Assembly (NCBI GenBank): GCA_965649825.1
Contig: OZ287699.1
Location: 1 to 64,000, forward strand
Length of the DNA stretch: 64,000 bases
Source of the DNA: Penicillus capitatus
Lineage: Eukaryota; Plantae; Chlorophyta
Direction of reading: 5' to 3'
The notes below the pieces were generated by a model. The model had not been told where the DNA came from. It saw only the letters and a list, made by a program, of their open reading frames with translations, and searched no databases. Each line of letters opens with the position of its first letter. Position 1 is the stretch's first letter. Shown here in pieces: positions 25,079 through 38,433 of the stretch. The translations under genes and the position numbers were made by a program.

Positions 25079-28000
25079 ATGGATACACGAGACATTCGCG
25101 CTCTGCGTGACCGTCTCAACTCGTTGAGTTACACGCAACATTTGGAGCCAGCGAGTGCTCCTCTCGTATCAGCCCTTCTTGAAGACTTGATTCAAGTAAC
25201 TGAGGGCCATCGAGTATGCAAACTGGAGTCAGATCGATATATGCATGAAAGATCGAGATCTGACGATCAGGTAGATAGACACTTGTTGGGGTCCTTCACG
25301 GCACCTCTATCTTGAGGACGTCAGATGGAAGTTTTGAGGAGAGAGAATAGCCGTCTTGTCGCCGAGAACAATCAACTGCATGTCGATGTGATGACAGCAA
25401 CCGAGTCTGTCAGAGAAAAAGAACGAGAGTACTATCAGAGATCGAAGGCACTAGAATGTCAGATAGCGGAGTTGACATACTGGAAGAGCTGCTCAGTTAA
25501 GAAGCTCAAACAGTTGGAGGCAGAGAACGAAGGACTTCGGTCCAAAATACAAACACATCTGATGGAGGACAACGAGGAGTCTGGGGAATTGGACATGATC
25601 CAATCGTTAGACCTTCCGAACGATGAAGAGAAGATGCCCACCAAATCAGATCGGGTTAGTGACAGAGAGGAAACCAAAGCATGTGATCGAGAGATTGTCT
25701 CGACTCCAGACCCCAGGTGTGACATACATGCTGTTGCTGTTTATGCTCAAGATTCTACTGTAGAACGGGCTTGGAGCGAAGATACTGTATCCTTCAGAAA
25801 GAAATGGAAAAACTGAAGACGGAAAACAGTCGATTGACGGTAGGAAGCAAGTTGCAGTATGTAACAGTTCTTGAATATATGCAGTACAGGAGGCAAATCA
25901 ACTCAGAGACAAGGAGATCCATCGTCTGGGCAAAGAATTGGAGAAGGGACCTGACATGGAAAAGCTTCAATTGCAGCAAAAGAATGATGCTCATGAATCC
26001 ATCATTCTCACTTTGAATCAGCAAGTGCTTGCTGTCTCCCTTCTCGTGTCCCTCTGCAATTATGTATGGCTACCAAGGTCGAGTATCTAACAGCGCAACT
26101 GTCGACATCCGAGGAGCAATTAACTGAGAAGGGACTATTGGAACAGGCGTATGAAGAGTCAGAGAGAAAACGACAGCAGAAAGAGAAGGAACACACTGAA
26201 GAAAAGGAAAGGAATGAGCAGATGTCGAAACAGGTAACGATATTGTTCGCTTTCATCGTATTGTTTAATTCAGGCATGTCTGTTTGAAGGTGAGACATCT
26301 TCAGAAACTCGTGTCAACTTATACGTCGAATAAGTCACATAACCAACAGTCAGAAGTTGATAAACGCGATGCTGCCATGGAACAGGTAATGAGAAACCTT
26401 CCTCCCTCTCGCAATGAACGCCAAGAAACGAAACTCGGCATTGGAGGTGGCAAAATTGATGGACGTCATGCTCGAAGCCAAGACGGAAGCACATGCAAAG
26501 GATGCATGGATTCAAGTGACAGAAAGAGACTATGTCGAGCACGAAAAGGAGAAGGATGGACTCCACAAACGCATTCTAGAATTGGAGAGCCTTCTTGACG
26601 AAGCGAATTCGCACCAAGAAGTTCTCAGAACACAAGTCCCTTGCCGTCCTTCGAATCTGGCACATCTGCATCTTGTTCTGCAGATTGAAGATGCAAAGAA
26701 TGAAACCAGCGTCTTGAGTAATCTGGCGAAGAAACAAGCAGCAGAGATAGAAGACTATCAGGGACGCATCTCCGAACTGGATGTCCAGTGCGTGCAGCTC
26801 GCCAAGACAGCGAATGACAAACAGCATGACAATGCGAACATCACAGCAAAGTGCTTGGATAATTCTTGTGAACTGCCTGCTCGCATCAGGCATGTGTTCG
26901 CACAGACTGCAAGCGGAACAGGAGTCTCATCGGTCTGCAGTGTCCAGAGCTTCCGCTTATCATCAGAAGAATTGCGATCTCGAGAATCAGATATCGCAAC
27001 TGCAAGCAGAGCGCCAGAGACTGCGAGTGCATTTAGAGACAGCTGAACAGGAGATGGAAGATCTCAGAATGCGAAGCAAACATTCACATGCATCAGTTCT
27101 TGAACTAGAGTCCTCGTTGAAAGTTCACATCGAGCCGCGTGGCAAAGAGAAACCTGGGACGCTTCCCTGTACAGGTTTCTAAGCAAACAGAAGAGGAAAC
27201 GGCATCACTTGTTGCACTACTGAAGACGCAGTTAGAAGAGACCACTTTAGGAAACGAGGAGCTCCTTGCTGCCGTGGACAGACTCAAAATCGAAGAAGCT
27301 CGGTATCTGCTTCTCCCAGATATACCTCTTTTGTACAGAGATGTCTGTTCATCGAGACTAGATTGCGCGGAACGATTACTGCATTGACAAATGAGAAGGA
27401 GTTCTTGAACAAACGACTCGATGCAGCAACAGAGAAAGCAAAGGAAACGCATGCAAAGCTGCAAGAGAGTTGGTTAGAAACGGCACAGGCAAGCAAGCTA
27501 GCAAAGCAGACCGAGGAACTCTATATCCAACTCGAGCAATTTGCAGACGAGAGAGCAATCCTCGAATCCAAAGTATGAGCGAGACAGCAGAAAGACACTG
27601 ATCTCTTCTTTGCACCAGGTTGTGGACTTGACAAATTCAAACAGAACGCTGACGGATGATGCAGAGAAGGCCAATCATGATCACCAGTCTATCTGCAATG
27701 TACTGGACAATGTGCAATCCAAGAACCAGCAGCTGGAGCTCTTGCTCTCCAACGAGAAATCGGCAAAGAACAAAGCAGACAGTGAAATCACCCGACTGAA
27801 GGTTTCATTCCTGTCCGACAGAAGACAACATGATGGTGAGCATTCGACAGGAAGAGAATGAAAACCTGTGTCAGAAGTGCGAAGCATCCGATCAAGAAAT
27901 CACCAAAGCCAGGGAAGAAGTGGAGGGTCTGAGACAGAGAACGAAGGCTCACGAACTCGAATCCAACAATATGAAGCAAACTGTTGGTCTACTTCAAGAC

Positions 28001-30856
28001 GAAATTTGTGCTCAGTCTCTCCAAATCGAAAAGTGCATTGCGTTTTCATGTCGTCTTGTTCGCATCTCGCCTCTTCTTCCCTGGAATGCAGATACCAAAC
28101 ATCACTGAACACGACATCTACGAACCTGGATGCTTTGAGAGACGAAAAAGATCGATTGAGAGTCCAGCTAGCAGATGCGACAGTGACATGCGAGCAGACA
28201 GGGATGCAAAACCACGATCTGCTTCAGCAGATCGAACAGGTTATTCATCGAACTTGTCTATCATCCATCCATTGTGAGCGACTTTGCTTTCTTCATAGTT
28301 GAAGCAGCTCTGTGCGTCAGCGAGGGATTTTGCCGAAGAGACAGAGCAAGCAAACGCTAGACTGAGGGAAGATCTGAACGAGAAGGCAAAGGAGGTGGAG
28401 CTGCTGACCAATTTGAGTCTCAAGGTACTTGCGATTCGTGGATGTGACATGTGAGTTGCAAGAAAGATCCGTACTAGGGCGATGCAACAGTCCAAGAATA
28501 CATGAAGCACCTCAAGAATCTCAGTTCCAGTTTCCAGGCTGAACAGTTGAGGGGCAAACGACTCGAGACTGTCGTTGCAGATAAAGAAGCCCTTGTCAAG
28601 AAAACAGAACAGAATGTGAAGGACCTGGAGCGGAGCATGAAACAACTGTGTTTAGATAAGGACACTTTGCAAGTATGGATTCGAGGAGGGTCAATGGAAG
28701 TCTGTCTCTACGCGTCTCGAGCAGGATGACCTGGACACACGAACAGAGGAGCACGCACACATCAACAAAGAGCTTCAAGCTTTCAAAGGGAAACTTGTCT
28801 GTACACAAGATGAGCTATCTAACAAACAGACATGTCTCAACGATGCAAGTATGTGTGTGAACTCAAGTGGTCCTTTTGGAGCGCATTGTCGTCGATGCAG
28901 CGCAAAAGGCGACAGAGTTGGAGACTGCACTGACGCGTGCGCTTGAGGCCAAAGATGCTGTCAATGCCGATCTCCAGAGCCGATCTGCTGAACTCCAATC
29001 CATGACACAGGACTTCAGGTTCTTTCATCGGCCAGTCTGCCCCTGACACTGCAAGCAGCCTGTGTTGTGCATCTTCAGAGCTGTGAGCGATGACTTGGAG
29101 TTGATGGTTCGAGAAAACCAACAGCTCAGCGATCAACTCGTTTCGTCTCAGGCATCTCTCGAAAAGCTCACGGAACAACAAGCAGAAGCACAGGACAGAA
29201 TTGCACATCTGGAGCAATGCTCCCGGGTCAAAGACTCGGACGTGGAAGATCTCAGACAGGCTTATCAAGTCAGTGCAGCATATTCGTCTTCACAACGATC
29301 CATCTGACTTGAGATTTAAGGACGTTGCACGAGAGAATCAAAAACTCATCAACGACTTGAAAGAGGTCGATCGACAGTCCAGCGATCTGGACAATCGCAC
29401 ACGCTTAAGAGCAAAAGAGAATGATGCATTGAAGAAAGAGTATGACAGAGTTCAGGTTCAGATAACTCAGCAGCTGGCAGATTTGCAAGAGAGCGAAAAA
29501 CAAATGGATGCACTCAGTCGTCAGCTATCAAAAAAAGAAGAGGTCCTCAAAGAGAACGAAAGAGAGAAATCCGTGCTCCTAGAAGAAGTGCATTGTCTTG
29601 AAAGGCAGAAGTTCCAGCAAGAGAATGAGATAACCGAATGCAGAAGACAGTTGGCGCAGTGCGAAAATACTATCGAAACAGCTCAGGCAAGAATTGAGGA
29701 TTATGAAAAAGATGTCTCTCTTTTGAAAGGGCAATTGGACTTTAGCCACGAGAAGGTCAGAAATACAAGAACAGCTGAGACCTTGCTCGATTTTCCAATG
29801 CTACGCGTGTCCAGATTAAAGAGTTGGAGATCGTGATCGTCGATCTGAGATCACAGAAGTTCCACAGAGAGGTTTCGCACTCCGAGGATACTGCTGGAAC
29901 GAAAAGGACCTTCGTTGAAGAGCGCAATAACCTTCTAGAGTCTCAGGCATTATGATCTCTTCATTGCTTTCGTGATAGCTTGTGAGGTTCTCTGTGCAGA
30001 TTGTAGCTCTCGAAAACCAGTTGACCTATCTTGAACAGGCCAGGAATTTCTCAAATGACGAGCTGAAGAGGATGAAGGATGAGAATGCGCGTCTTCGTAG
30101 TGTGCTTTCAGCTCAGGAGGACGTGCCCAGCACAGATCCATCCTCTTTCAGTATCGACATCCTTCAAGAAAGCAACAACTCCGCGAGACACAGCTGCCAA
30201 AAATCTGATGCGGTCTCCTGCGTTTCACATGCCATTCCCATTTTCGATCGCTGTTTATTAGGAAGACGATTCTGGGAACCAAAGACACAGCGCATTACCG
30301 AGAGACTTCACGTCCACAGATGGAACTGTCGATCTAAGAAAGAAGCTATTGGAAGCCAATGCTGAAAAACAGAAGGTTCTGTTCACCAAGGCACAACGTT
30401 GTCGTCAGAGCACTTTGTTGCAAAGGCAATGGAATCGGTGAGAAGCCTTCAGCACGAGATACAAAGCCTTCAGGGGCAATTAATAGAGCTTAAGGAACAG
30501 AATGCTAGTATCTCGATCAGTTGAACAGGCAAGTGTCTATCTGATGGATATTGACGATTTGTGGATTGACAGGTTGTAAGAGTAGCCTGATAAACACAAC
30601 GGAAACATATTCTACAGAATGCACTGAGACTGCTGAAAGAGTCTGGAAATTAGAAAGACAGCTAGATGTGCGTGATGTTGTCCCTTTCTTGACATATGGC
30701 TTCTATGGATTCTCATTCAAAAATTAGGAAGAGAGGAAAAGAAGAAACAAAGCTGAGAAGGACTTTAGAAGATTGGTTGACATCACAAGAGATCTGGCAT
30801 CGTCCCCAGAAAAATCAGATGTCCGTCCACCATACACATCGCGTCGTCAACAGTAA
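25079..30856 (+). CDS. CEP135: Centriole cartwheel protein CEP135/BLD10, long coiled coil, many exons
   Basis: N-terminus LRDRLNSLSYTQHLEPASAPLVSALLEDLI..LRRENSRLVAENNQLH and QLRDKEIHRLGKELE..HESIILTLNQQVEYL match the CEP135 N-terminal signature, followed by heptad coiled coil to KLERQLD|EERKRRNKAEKDFRRL. Confidence 0.85.
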
Positions 30857-31235
30857 TCCTTCTCTCTTGGACGAAGTCCAGATCGGTGAGATGTTGTTTT
30901 AAAGACCCTTCTCTTTTCAACATAAAGCGCGTGTCAAACTGTAGGGTGTTGTCTAAAAACCAGCAATTGTTGTCTCGAATATCCCCTTGACAATTTATGA
31001 AATGGAACCAAACTGGATGTCTATCTACAGGGGCCATCATGGTTTGGCTGCGGTTTCACGGAGGAGATTTCTGTTGTTTATTCGTGGATGAATCTTGCAC
31101 ACAACCAATGAGAGAGAACCTTTCTAAGAGCCAGAGAGATCAGCTAAGGTCGGCAGTTCCAGCCGAGGACACAAGTAACAACTTAGAAGGCGCCGGTTAC
31201 GTACATCAAACACTGTACAACTCATATGGTTTGCA

Positions 31236-32509
31236 TCAGACAGCACTGCTTTCCAACTGTGAGTCTCCTTCCAAGAGCCGCGATAAGGCACAGCGATCCT
31301 TGGTGTGGAGATTCTCAATGCTGGATGTGACGTCTGCACATGCTCCAAACGCATCACACCAATGAACAGTGGCGCAGTGGGCGCAGAGAATGCCTAAACA
31401 ACACAGCCACACGCGTCTGTCTATCGGCCTCTGGGTTCTATTGCACGATCCTTACCCCTGCAGGTGATCCATCCTTCGATCATCAGATCCGAATTCGCCG
31501 AGTTCAGGTTTACATAGTCTCCTACTCGAACCAGTCCCTTTTGCAGCAAGTCGGCCACTGTTGGACAACAGTCGGGATGAATGTCATCTTCGGGCGCCGT
31601 TTCCTCTGGGGTCGGTGGTGGTGATAATGATGGCGAGGGTGATGGGTCGACGACGTCGCTCTCTGGCGGAGGTGTCGGTGACGATATGGTTTCGTTGACA
31701 AGTTCCGTTGGAGGCGGCGGTTCTTTCTCGACAGAAGTCGTCGCCGTTGTCGTCGTCGTTCGGCTCTTCTCTTCCTTTTGGCATCGATCGATGACCGATC
31801 GCAAGGAGCGCTTCTTATGACTGTCGTCTTGTTTCGTTTTCTTCGATATTCTTTCTCGTTCGATCTTTGCTCTCCCACGCGTATGGATGGTGTTTACTCG
31901 AGCTCTTTTGTTTACGAATCGGGATCGATTGGCATCGTCGCGCATGTCGTCCGTAAATTCGGTCTCCGACGGCAGTCCACAGGAAGGTCTTCGACGACGT
32001 TGTCGTCGCTCTCTGCTCGTGCCGTTTTGCTCAAATACGATGCGCTGAGGCGTGGCATCCGACTTCGGCTTCCGCGGTGCTTTGCGAGGAATCTTCTCCT
32101 CATCCTTCTCCCCACTCTTTTGCTGCAGCTGAGCCGAAGAAGGCCGTTGTCTGCGCGACATCGTTTTTTTGTCGAGCAAACTCGGCAGATCTCGAAAACT
32201 GAAATTCATAAGCTTCACGACGGTTGTGCTTCTCTTGCTTCGCGGACGGCGCGGAATCTCCATGGAAAAAATGTCCGCGACCGTTGAATGCTTCTTTATT
32301 TCTTTGTCGCCGGTTTGAACTTCTCCCTTTGTCTGTTCGATGGCTTCGACCAAACGCATCTTCGAAGAAGCTTCCAGAGCGACTGACGTCGCTGGCGTTC
32401 TAGGCGCCACGCGGCAGATATTCAGCAGGGCCGCGCTTTTCGGAGTCTTCCGGTTGGATGCGTGAAGTGTTCCCCGGTCCAATGTTTTGCGTGTTGTTTC
32501 GTTCCTCAT
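31236..32509 (-). CDS. Basic low-complexity nuclear protein with a C-terminal TDBD (Tify-domain-binding)-like module
   Basis: K/R-rich and Pro/Thr-rich region followed by VADLLQKGLVRVGDYVNL..MIEGWITCRG|ILCAHCATVHWCDAF, which resembles the plant IDM1-family segment LEGWITRDGIHCGCC..F. No PHD or GNAT domain follows. Confidence 0.55.
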
Positions 32510-32914
32510 ATGGCAAGATTTTTTCGTGATGTATTTTTCCTATTTGGCGTTCTATGCACCAAACTCTACGTCGTCAGCACAAACAGGTAGGATTCACGCA
32601 ATGCACTGAGCTCACTTTTCTTTTACTGACGAATGAAGTCCTTGTCGCGCTTATGGTTTGCCCACTCCAACGGTCAGCTCGTATTCTCACTGCACCCACC
32701 ACACCGTACGTATTCCAGAGATAGCACTCCGCTGCAGAGCACACCACCTCGACGACTGAGACACCGCCCGTTTTCACGGCGTCTCCGCAATGCGTGTTGC
32801 TGCACGCGTACACGAAACTCTGCGACAGACAGTCGTTTAATTAAGTAAGGCGTGCTTGAGAGGCGTCGACGGATTGGCGCTATCGTTTATGTGTCGTGCA
32901 GGAATCGATAGGAA

Positions 32915-33700
32915 ATGGATGTGGTTTCGCGTTTCAGAACATCGACGACGACGAAAGGTTCGCGTGAGTTGAAAGGTAAAAGCAAGACGCGATTCAAAAG
33001 ATCGGGCAACCATCGAAAACAAAACACCATTGGCGCATTTCGCGTTGCCTTGTTGGCAAGGCAAGCAACGAAGCACACGGATGGGACGAGATCGCAGTAC
33101 ACCCAACTGGTGATGCCATTCAAACAGTGCCCATGCCTGAACAACGACCTCGCCGTCGGTGTCGCCCAAAGAGGGAAGAAGAAACGTACGCTAAGGTCGC
33201 TATCTCCCGACAGAAAACGTGAAAGCGACATTCGACAACGTCCCAGAAAAGTGCGCATGGTCCAGCAGTACCGATTGACTGGTCGAAAACGCAGTCCGTA
33301 CCGCCTCCAATGCGGTTCGCGAAGGGACCAAGACAGTGATTTGTCGACTCCTCGACAAAACCCATGCGCAACACCCGAAGACACGAAACGTCAGGTGCTG
33401 TTTCGCTGTCTGACAAACATGCAGCGTGTTTGCATACAGAATGGAAGAGCGCCTAGGGCCAGCGCGACAAAAATAGACGACAAACCACAGACAGTGCCTG
33501 TCGTTGTTCGTGTAAGAGAGGAAGGAAGGCGAAGAAACTTCGCGAAGAGTTCGCGCGAGGACGACGACTTCACTGCCCTAACGTTGATCTCTAGACGAGG
33601 TCGACGTGGCGGCAACCATGATGCATCGCAAACACCAACTACGGAGCAACTACTAAAATCAACGCGTGCGGAGAAAAGCGTCCAGCCACAAAGTCGGTGA
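32915..33700 (+). CDS. Hypothetical Arg/Lys-rich protein (intronless ORF)
   Basis: Uninterrupted 261-aa ORF, divergent from the TDBD gene. No domain recognised. Confidence 0.3.
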   Translation: MDVVSRFRTSTTTKGSRELKGKSKTRFKRSGNHRKQNTIGAFRVALLARQATKHTDGTRSQYTQLVMPFKQCPCLNNDLAVGVAQRGKKKRTLRSLSPDRKRESDIRQRPRKVRMVQQYRLTGRKRSPYRLQCGSRRDQDSDLSTPRQNPCATPEDTKRQVLFRCLTNMQRVCIQNGRAPRASATKIDDKPQTVPVVVRVREEGRRRNFAKSSREDDDFTALTLISRRGRRGGNHDASQTPTTEQLLKSTRAEKSVQPQSR

Positions 33701-34014
33701 ATCTGTTTACCCAATTTGCTCGGCGAGCACCGGCTGTCTCGCTGAGAGTCCTTGTTCGCTCTTCGTCTGGCACTGCCACGTTCGCTACGCCGGTAGCTGC
33801 GCCTGGCTTCCGTTTTTGGCAGAAAGAGCGTGGTTTTGGCTGCAGTGTCGGTAAGACCGAGCAGAAAACGCACTCAGAACTTCGCAGCCTCGCTGCCAAA
33901 CACGCTACGACGGGCCAAGATGTTCTTGATCAATGTTATCAACATCAAGTCATCGCTTAACAAATTACGAGCGCGGATTTACGGAGTATTTCGGTGCAAG
34001 TGGAGAGCTAGCTG

Positions 34015-34868
34015 CTATGGACGAAATCCCTTCAACAGGCTGTCAAAAGGATTCTTTCCTTCATAACGCAACAGCAGGGCCTGAGCATACACTGCACAAG
34101 GAGACTCTTTCGACAAACAACGGTTACCTCGAAGCGTGGATCGCGTCTAACATTGTCCATATCGCTATCCTCTCTGAGATTGCGAAAATCATTGTAGCCC
34201 ATCTCCAAACAAGCTGTACACAAACAGCACGGTGATGCATCCCAGACATGAGGCATGAACCTGACAGAGCCAGGAGAGCATCCTTGATCTTCTCCATTGC
34301 AGAATAGCAGCATGCAATGTTGTAGAACGCGGCGATCTTCTCAGATTTGCTTGGCTCAGGTGGTTTATTCCTGCATACTCACGGAGCGTGATGAATGGAG
34401 GGAGAGAGTCGAAGACGCGACCCACCGAAATCTCCGGACCCCGTTACCAGGCATATCCAGACTGGCCTTAAACAGAGCAATGGCCTCTTCATATCGACCA
34501 GATTGATGCAGTTTCAATCCCTCAGTAATCGCCTCTGTTGCCGTCTCCGGCTGCGGGACGTCTTCTGCGTCCAAGTACTCAGCCGAGCGACATTTTACGA
34601 CATCCCGTGCCCGTTCAGTCAGACCTCTTCTCGATGCCCTCTCGTGCTTCCACGTGAGATCACTCCTCAGACGGCGGAGTCAGAAAGCGTCGAGGCGACA
34701 GAAGGACTCTCACTTCATCCGTGTCGAATACCTATTCCAGGCAGACCGTCGTCGCGTCTGTCTGTTACCGACATGTGTCCCCCACGAACTCAAGTGCCCC
34801 GAAGATCGCAGGGTTAACTTCATCGGCGAGTTTTCGGCGGACGGCAGCGATCGCATCATCGAGGGCAT
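34015..34868 (-). CDS. Plastid-targeted TPR protein (MET1/LPA1-type TPR module)
   Basis: Ser/Arg-rich transit-like N-terminus (MPSMMRSLPS..), then EGLKLHQSGRYEEAIALFKASL, KIAAFYNIACCYS, ACLEMGYNDFRNLREDSDMDNVRRDPRFE, and ALLLRYEGKNPFDSLLKGFRP*. Confidence 0.8.
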
Positions 34869-35207
34869 TATGGCGATGCGTGTGTTCGAATGGACTTCTG
34901 TCGCGTCAGCTCACTCTGCGGTGGTAGTTTCTTGTTGAATATGCCGCGCCATTGGCTTCATTCCCCGTTCCGCGCAGTTATTTTTTGATACTCCGATATC
35001 TCGATTTTTGTGTCATGATTTCTTTTCTGGTCGCTGGTTTGTAAAGAGTTTCAAAGCCGCCTAATTCATTTTCTCTCCGCCGCCTCGGACTTTGAGTTTC
35101 ATCGCAGCAACGGGCTTCTATTGTCCACATTCGGCGGTCGGTTTGGGCAACTGCTGCCGACAGCATCATCGTTTATTTATAGACCTTTCCAATAAAAACG
35201 AGACACG

Positions 35208-36423
35208 ATGGGCTGTGTCTGTTCCTCTATGAGAGACTCGGCATTTTACGAGGCCGCGAAGAACGGACGCACCGACGCCATTAATGTACTCAAAACACGG
35301 AAGAATTTCACGAACAATTCGATTCGTGGATTGCGTGTAGAAACTCGCTCGAATGATCAAGAACACGGATATAAAAATGTGGATGCTTGAATGGGAAGAT
35401 GATGACGGCAAGACCCCAATCATGATGAGTCTAGAACGTGGCCACGAGGAAACCACTCTGGCCGTATGCCTTACTGACACGTCTCATCTCTATGACTAAT
35501 GTAAGGCTGGTTCAGTTGCTGCAGCTTGGTGTAGATGTCAACTATATGAATAGCGAACAGGGATCCGTTTTATTGGCAGCCCTGAAAGCAGAAAATCTTG
35601 CATTGGTTTGTATCCTCCTTGAACGTGGTCTGTATCCTGCCTCTCGTCTGAAATGTGGAGTGTGTGTTGGTGCGATCAAGGTGCCTGCCCATTCTTGAAA
35701 ACTGCCAAAGGAATGAGTGCATGGGACTATGCTCTCGTCAACTCCCGTAATGCCCCTCTCCTTCGAGAGTTTGAAAGATACGGCTATGCCAGCGGCCTCA
35801 TCCGCTTTCAAGCGAGTTTTCATTTCTGGGTCACGCCGTACGATGGGTCAGTTATCTAGGTACCGATCACAAATCAGGCAGTCGATGAGACTCAGTACGC
35901 GACGCATGCCTGGCAACGACTCTGGGCATCCGTCGTTCCAGAGTACTCTGTTCATCCCCAAGGACATATTTTCGTCAGAAGGATGCTGTACGTTTTCCAA
36001 CATTCAAAAAGCTTCACTCCAATGTGCGTTGCTGAATTGGATGGCGCAATAGCAAGAATAACTGAACGAGATGACGAAGGAATGACGGCAGCACTGGTAA
36101 GTGCATCCCATTCTCCATCCACCTTTGCGTCAAGACATGGCGCATCTGTCCAGGATTTGCCAATCCTACCTTACGAACTGAAAGGTATTGCCTCCGTCGT
36201 CACACGAAACAATGCAAGACTGTGCATCAAAGAGTTCAATCAAGATAGCAAGTTCCTGATCACCTTCTTAAATGCATGCGATGGAATGTCGTCCGCAGAG
36301 CTGGATCTCTTTAGTTTGGACAGACGAACTGCAGACAGGTGGGTTAGAAACATCGAGCGTGCATCCGCCCCATCACACAAATCAATGACAGTGTCCGAGA
36401 AGTCTTTACCGTCAACACAATGA
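35208..36423 (+). CDS. XBAT35-like ankyrin + PH-like protein, paralog A (no RING; MGCVCS N-terminus)
   Basis: AFYEAAKNG, LEWEDDDGKTPIMMS, GACPFLKTAKGMSAWDYA, FERYGYASG, WQRLWASVVP, MLYVFQHSKSFTPMCVAEL. Stop at 36421-36423 with no Cys motif. Confidence 0.8.
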
Positions 36424-36709
36424 CTCCGATTTTTGATGTGCATTGGACCATCTTTCTACTGGAGGCATTTTTCTCATTTTGAGACATTTTACTGGGTTAG
36501 TAGATGTTGTTTTGCATTGGCTGACCTGTTGTACACGATAATCCGCATTCTTTCTCAACTCATGTCGATTCTTATAAATGCTAAGTCATACATTTGCATC
36601 TACAGACGGTGACCACATGAATGCTGCACGATGTCTGTACCTTTGTGTATGTAAGTGAATCCTGCCGCCTTCTGATAATCACAGCACATGGGGTGATGTG
36701 ACTGAACAA

Positions 36710-38361
36710 ATGTCGTTCGCCATTTTGCGGCGAAACCTCTCTTGTGTCCTTTCCAATCTCCAGATCCTTCGTTTACCTGCACAAAAGAAGCTTGGCTGGC
36801 CGGACTCACTCCACTGCCTGAGGTCACAGTCGACACTGACGACACCTCTGCTTCTTCGCGACTATATTCAACATCACCTCTACGATCCTTACACTGGCTA
36901 CTTCTCTCGCCAAGTGAAGATTGGAGGGAAAGAGAATCGAGGACTGTCGACACCTATCAACTTCAATCGATTGCTGGACGAGGACGATTTCCAACTCTCT
37001 GTCAAATCCGTCTATAAACAAGGTGGATCGGGCCGAACGTCTGCGGTCAACATGTCATGCGCACATAGCGACGATGTAGGTTATGGATCTTGGTTGACAC
37101 CTGTTGAACTGTTTCGTCCTTGGTATGGGTATGCCATCGCAGATCACATTTTGGCGAAAGCAACTCAACATGGCACCATAAATCCTCGATGTGTGGAGAT
37201 CTTTGAGATTGGAGGCGGCAGTGGCACCTGCATGATCGACGTGCTTGACAGAATCCATCAAAGAGACCCTGACATCTACAAGAAAACGACGTACACGTGC
37301 ATCGAAATCTCCAAGAGGTTGATCGAGACACGTGAGTGGGACAGCCTGCAGAGCAGTGCATGTCTGTGCAGATTGGTCGATACGCAAGTGGCACGAGCTA
37401 AGTCAGCAGGGTTAGATGAATATCGCTGGACAGTGATTCATGCAGATTTTCTGTCGTTGGACGAAGAATTGCCATCCAGTGGTGTGCTTCACTCTTACCA
37501 TGACCGTCATTAATGTTGATGAGATGCTGATGCGCAGAGGAACGCACTTTTGTGTTGGCATTGGAGCTTTTGGACAATTTGCCCCACGACAAAGTGATGT
37601 TCGATGACAAAAAACAATCATGGGAAGCCGTCATCGTGCCAACGACGGAGAAAACAGGCGAACGCCTCAAGAAGACGAAACAAGTCGTGGACTTTGTGAT
37701 GAGTTTCTCGTATACGGAAAGGAAGACGCTCAAATCGGAGACGCTGCAGGAACTCTACCGCCCTGCGTCAGATCCTCTCCTGCTCCGAATGATCGATGAG
37801 ATGCAAGAACTTGAGGAAACTTTCGTGAAGAAGGAAAAGGAGAAGGATAAGAGTATGTTAGATAGTGTCCAGAATATCTTGTTGGGTTATGGAAATCTGC
37901 GTTACTCGAAGACTGGAGTGCTCACCCCAGCATCAGCTGTTCGGACGAAGCAAGGAATCGCCTACATTCCGACAGGGCAGCTGCGATTTCTAGAAGCCCT
38001 TCACAGATGCTTCCCCTATCACTCTGTGTTGATCTCGGATTTTGATTCGCTGCCAGGACTGGTGTTACCTGGCGCTGGAGGACCTGCCGTTCAGTCTCTC
38101 GGTTCAGGTCATCGCATCTGCGATCGGAGTTCCTATCTGCTGCCACCGAAAGTCTCGGCCGATATCTTCTTCCCAACAGATTTTATCTCTCTCCAGCAGC
38201 TCTACGAGAAAATCACCGGCAACTCGACCAATGTTTTCTCTGCTAAAGAGTTTTTTGCTCCATTCGATGAAAGTCTGCGTGGCTGTCGGACGTTGAGTGG
38301 TTACTGTCCGCTGACTGAGTACTATTCTAATACTTCCTATCTCGTCGAGACGGATAGATAG
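36710..38361 (+). CDS. NDUFAF7: SAM-dependent methyltransferase, NDUFAF7/MidA family, mitochondrial presequence
   Basis: LLLRDYIQHHLYDPYTGYFS, TPVELFRPWYGYAIA, EIGGGSGT, YTCIEIS, LALELLDNLPHDKV, SDFDSLP, DIFFPTDF. Confidence 0.88.
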
Positions 38362-38433
38362 GCAATGAATCTTATCATCCGTCACATCTGTTCTGTCAGA
38401 ATTCGCGTAGCTTACTACCATTCAACCGGCGAA

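Noticed and set aside
30500-30580. Apparent frameshift or premature stop near the CEP135 3' end
   Set aside because: A 53-nt GT-AG intron (30520-30572) restores the frame and extends the coiled coil to 30856.
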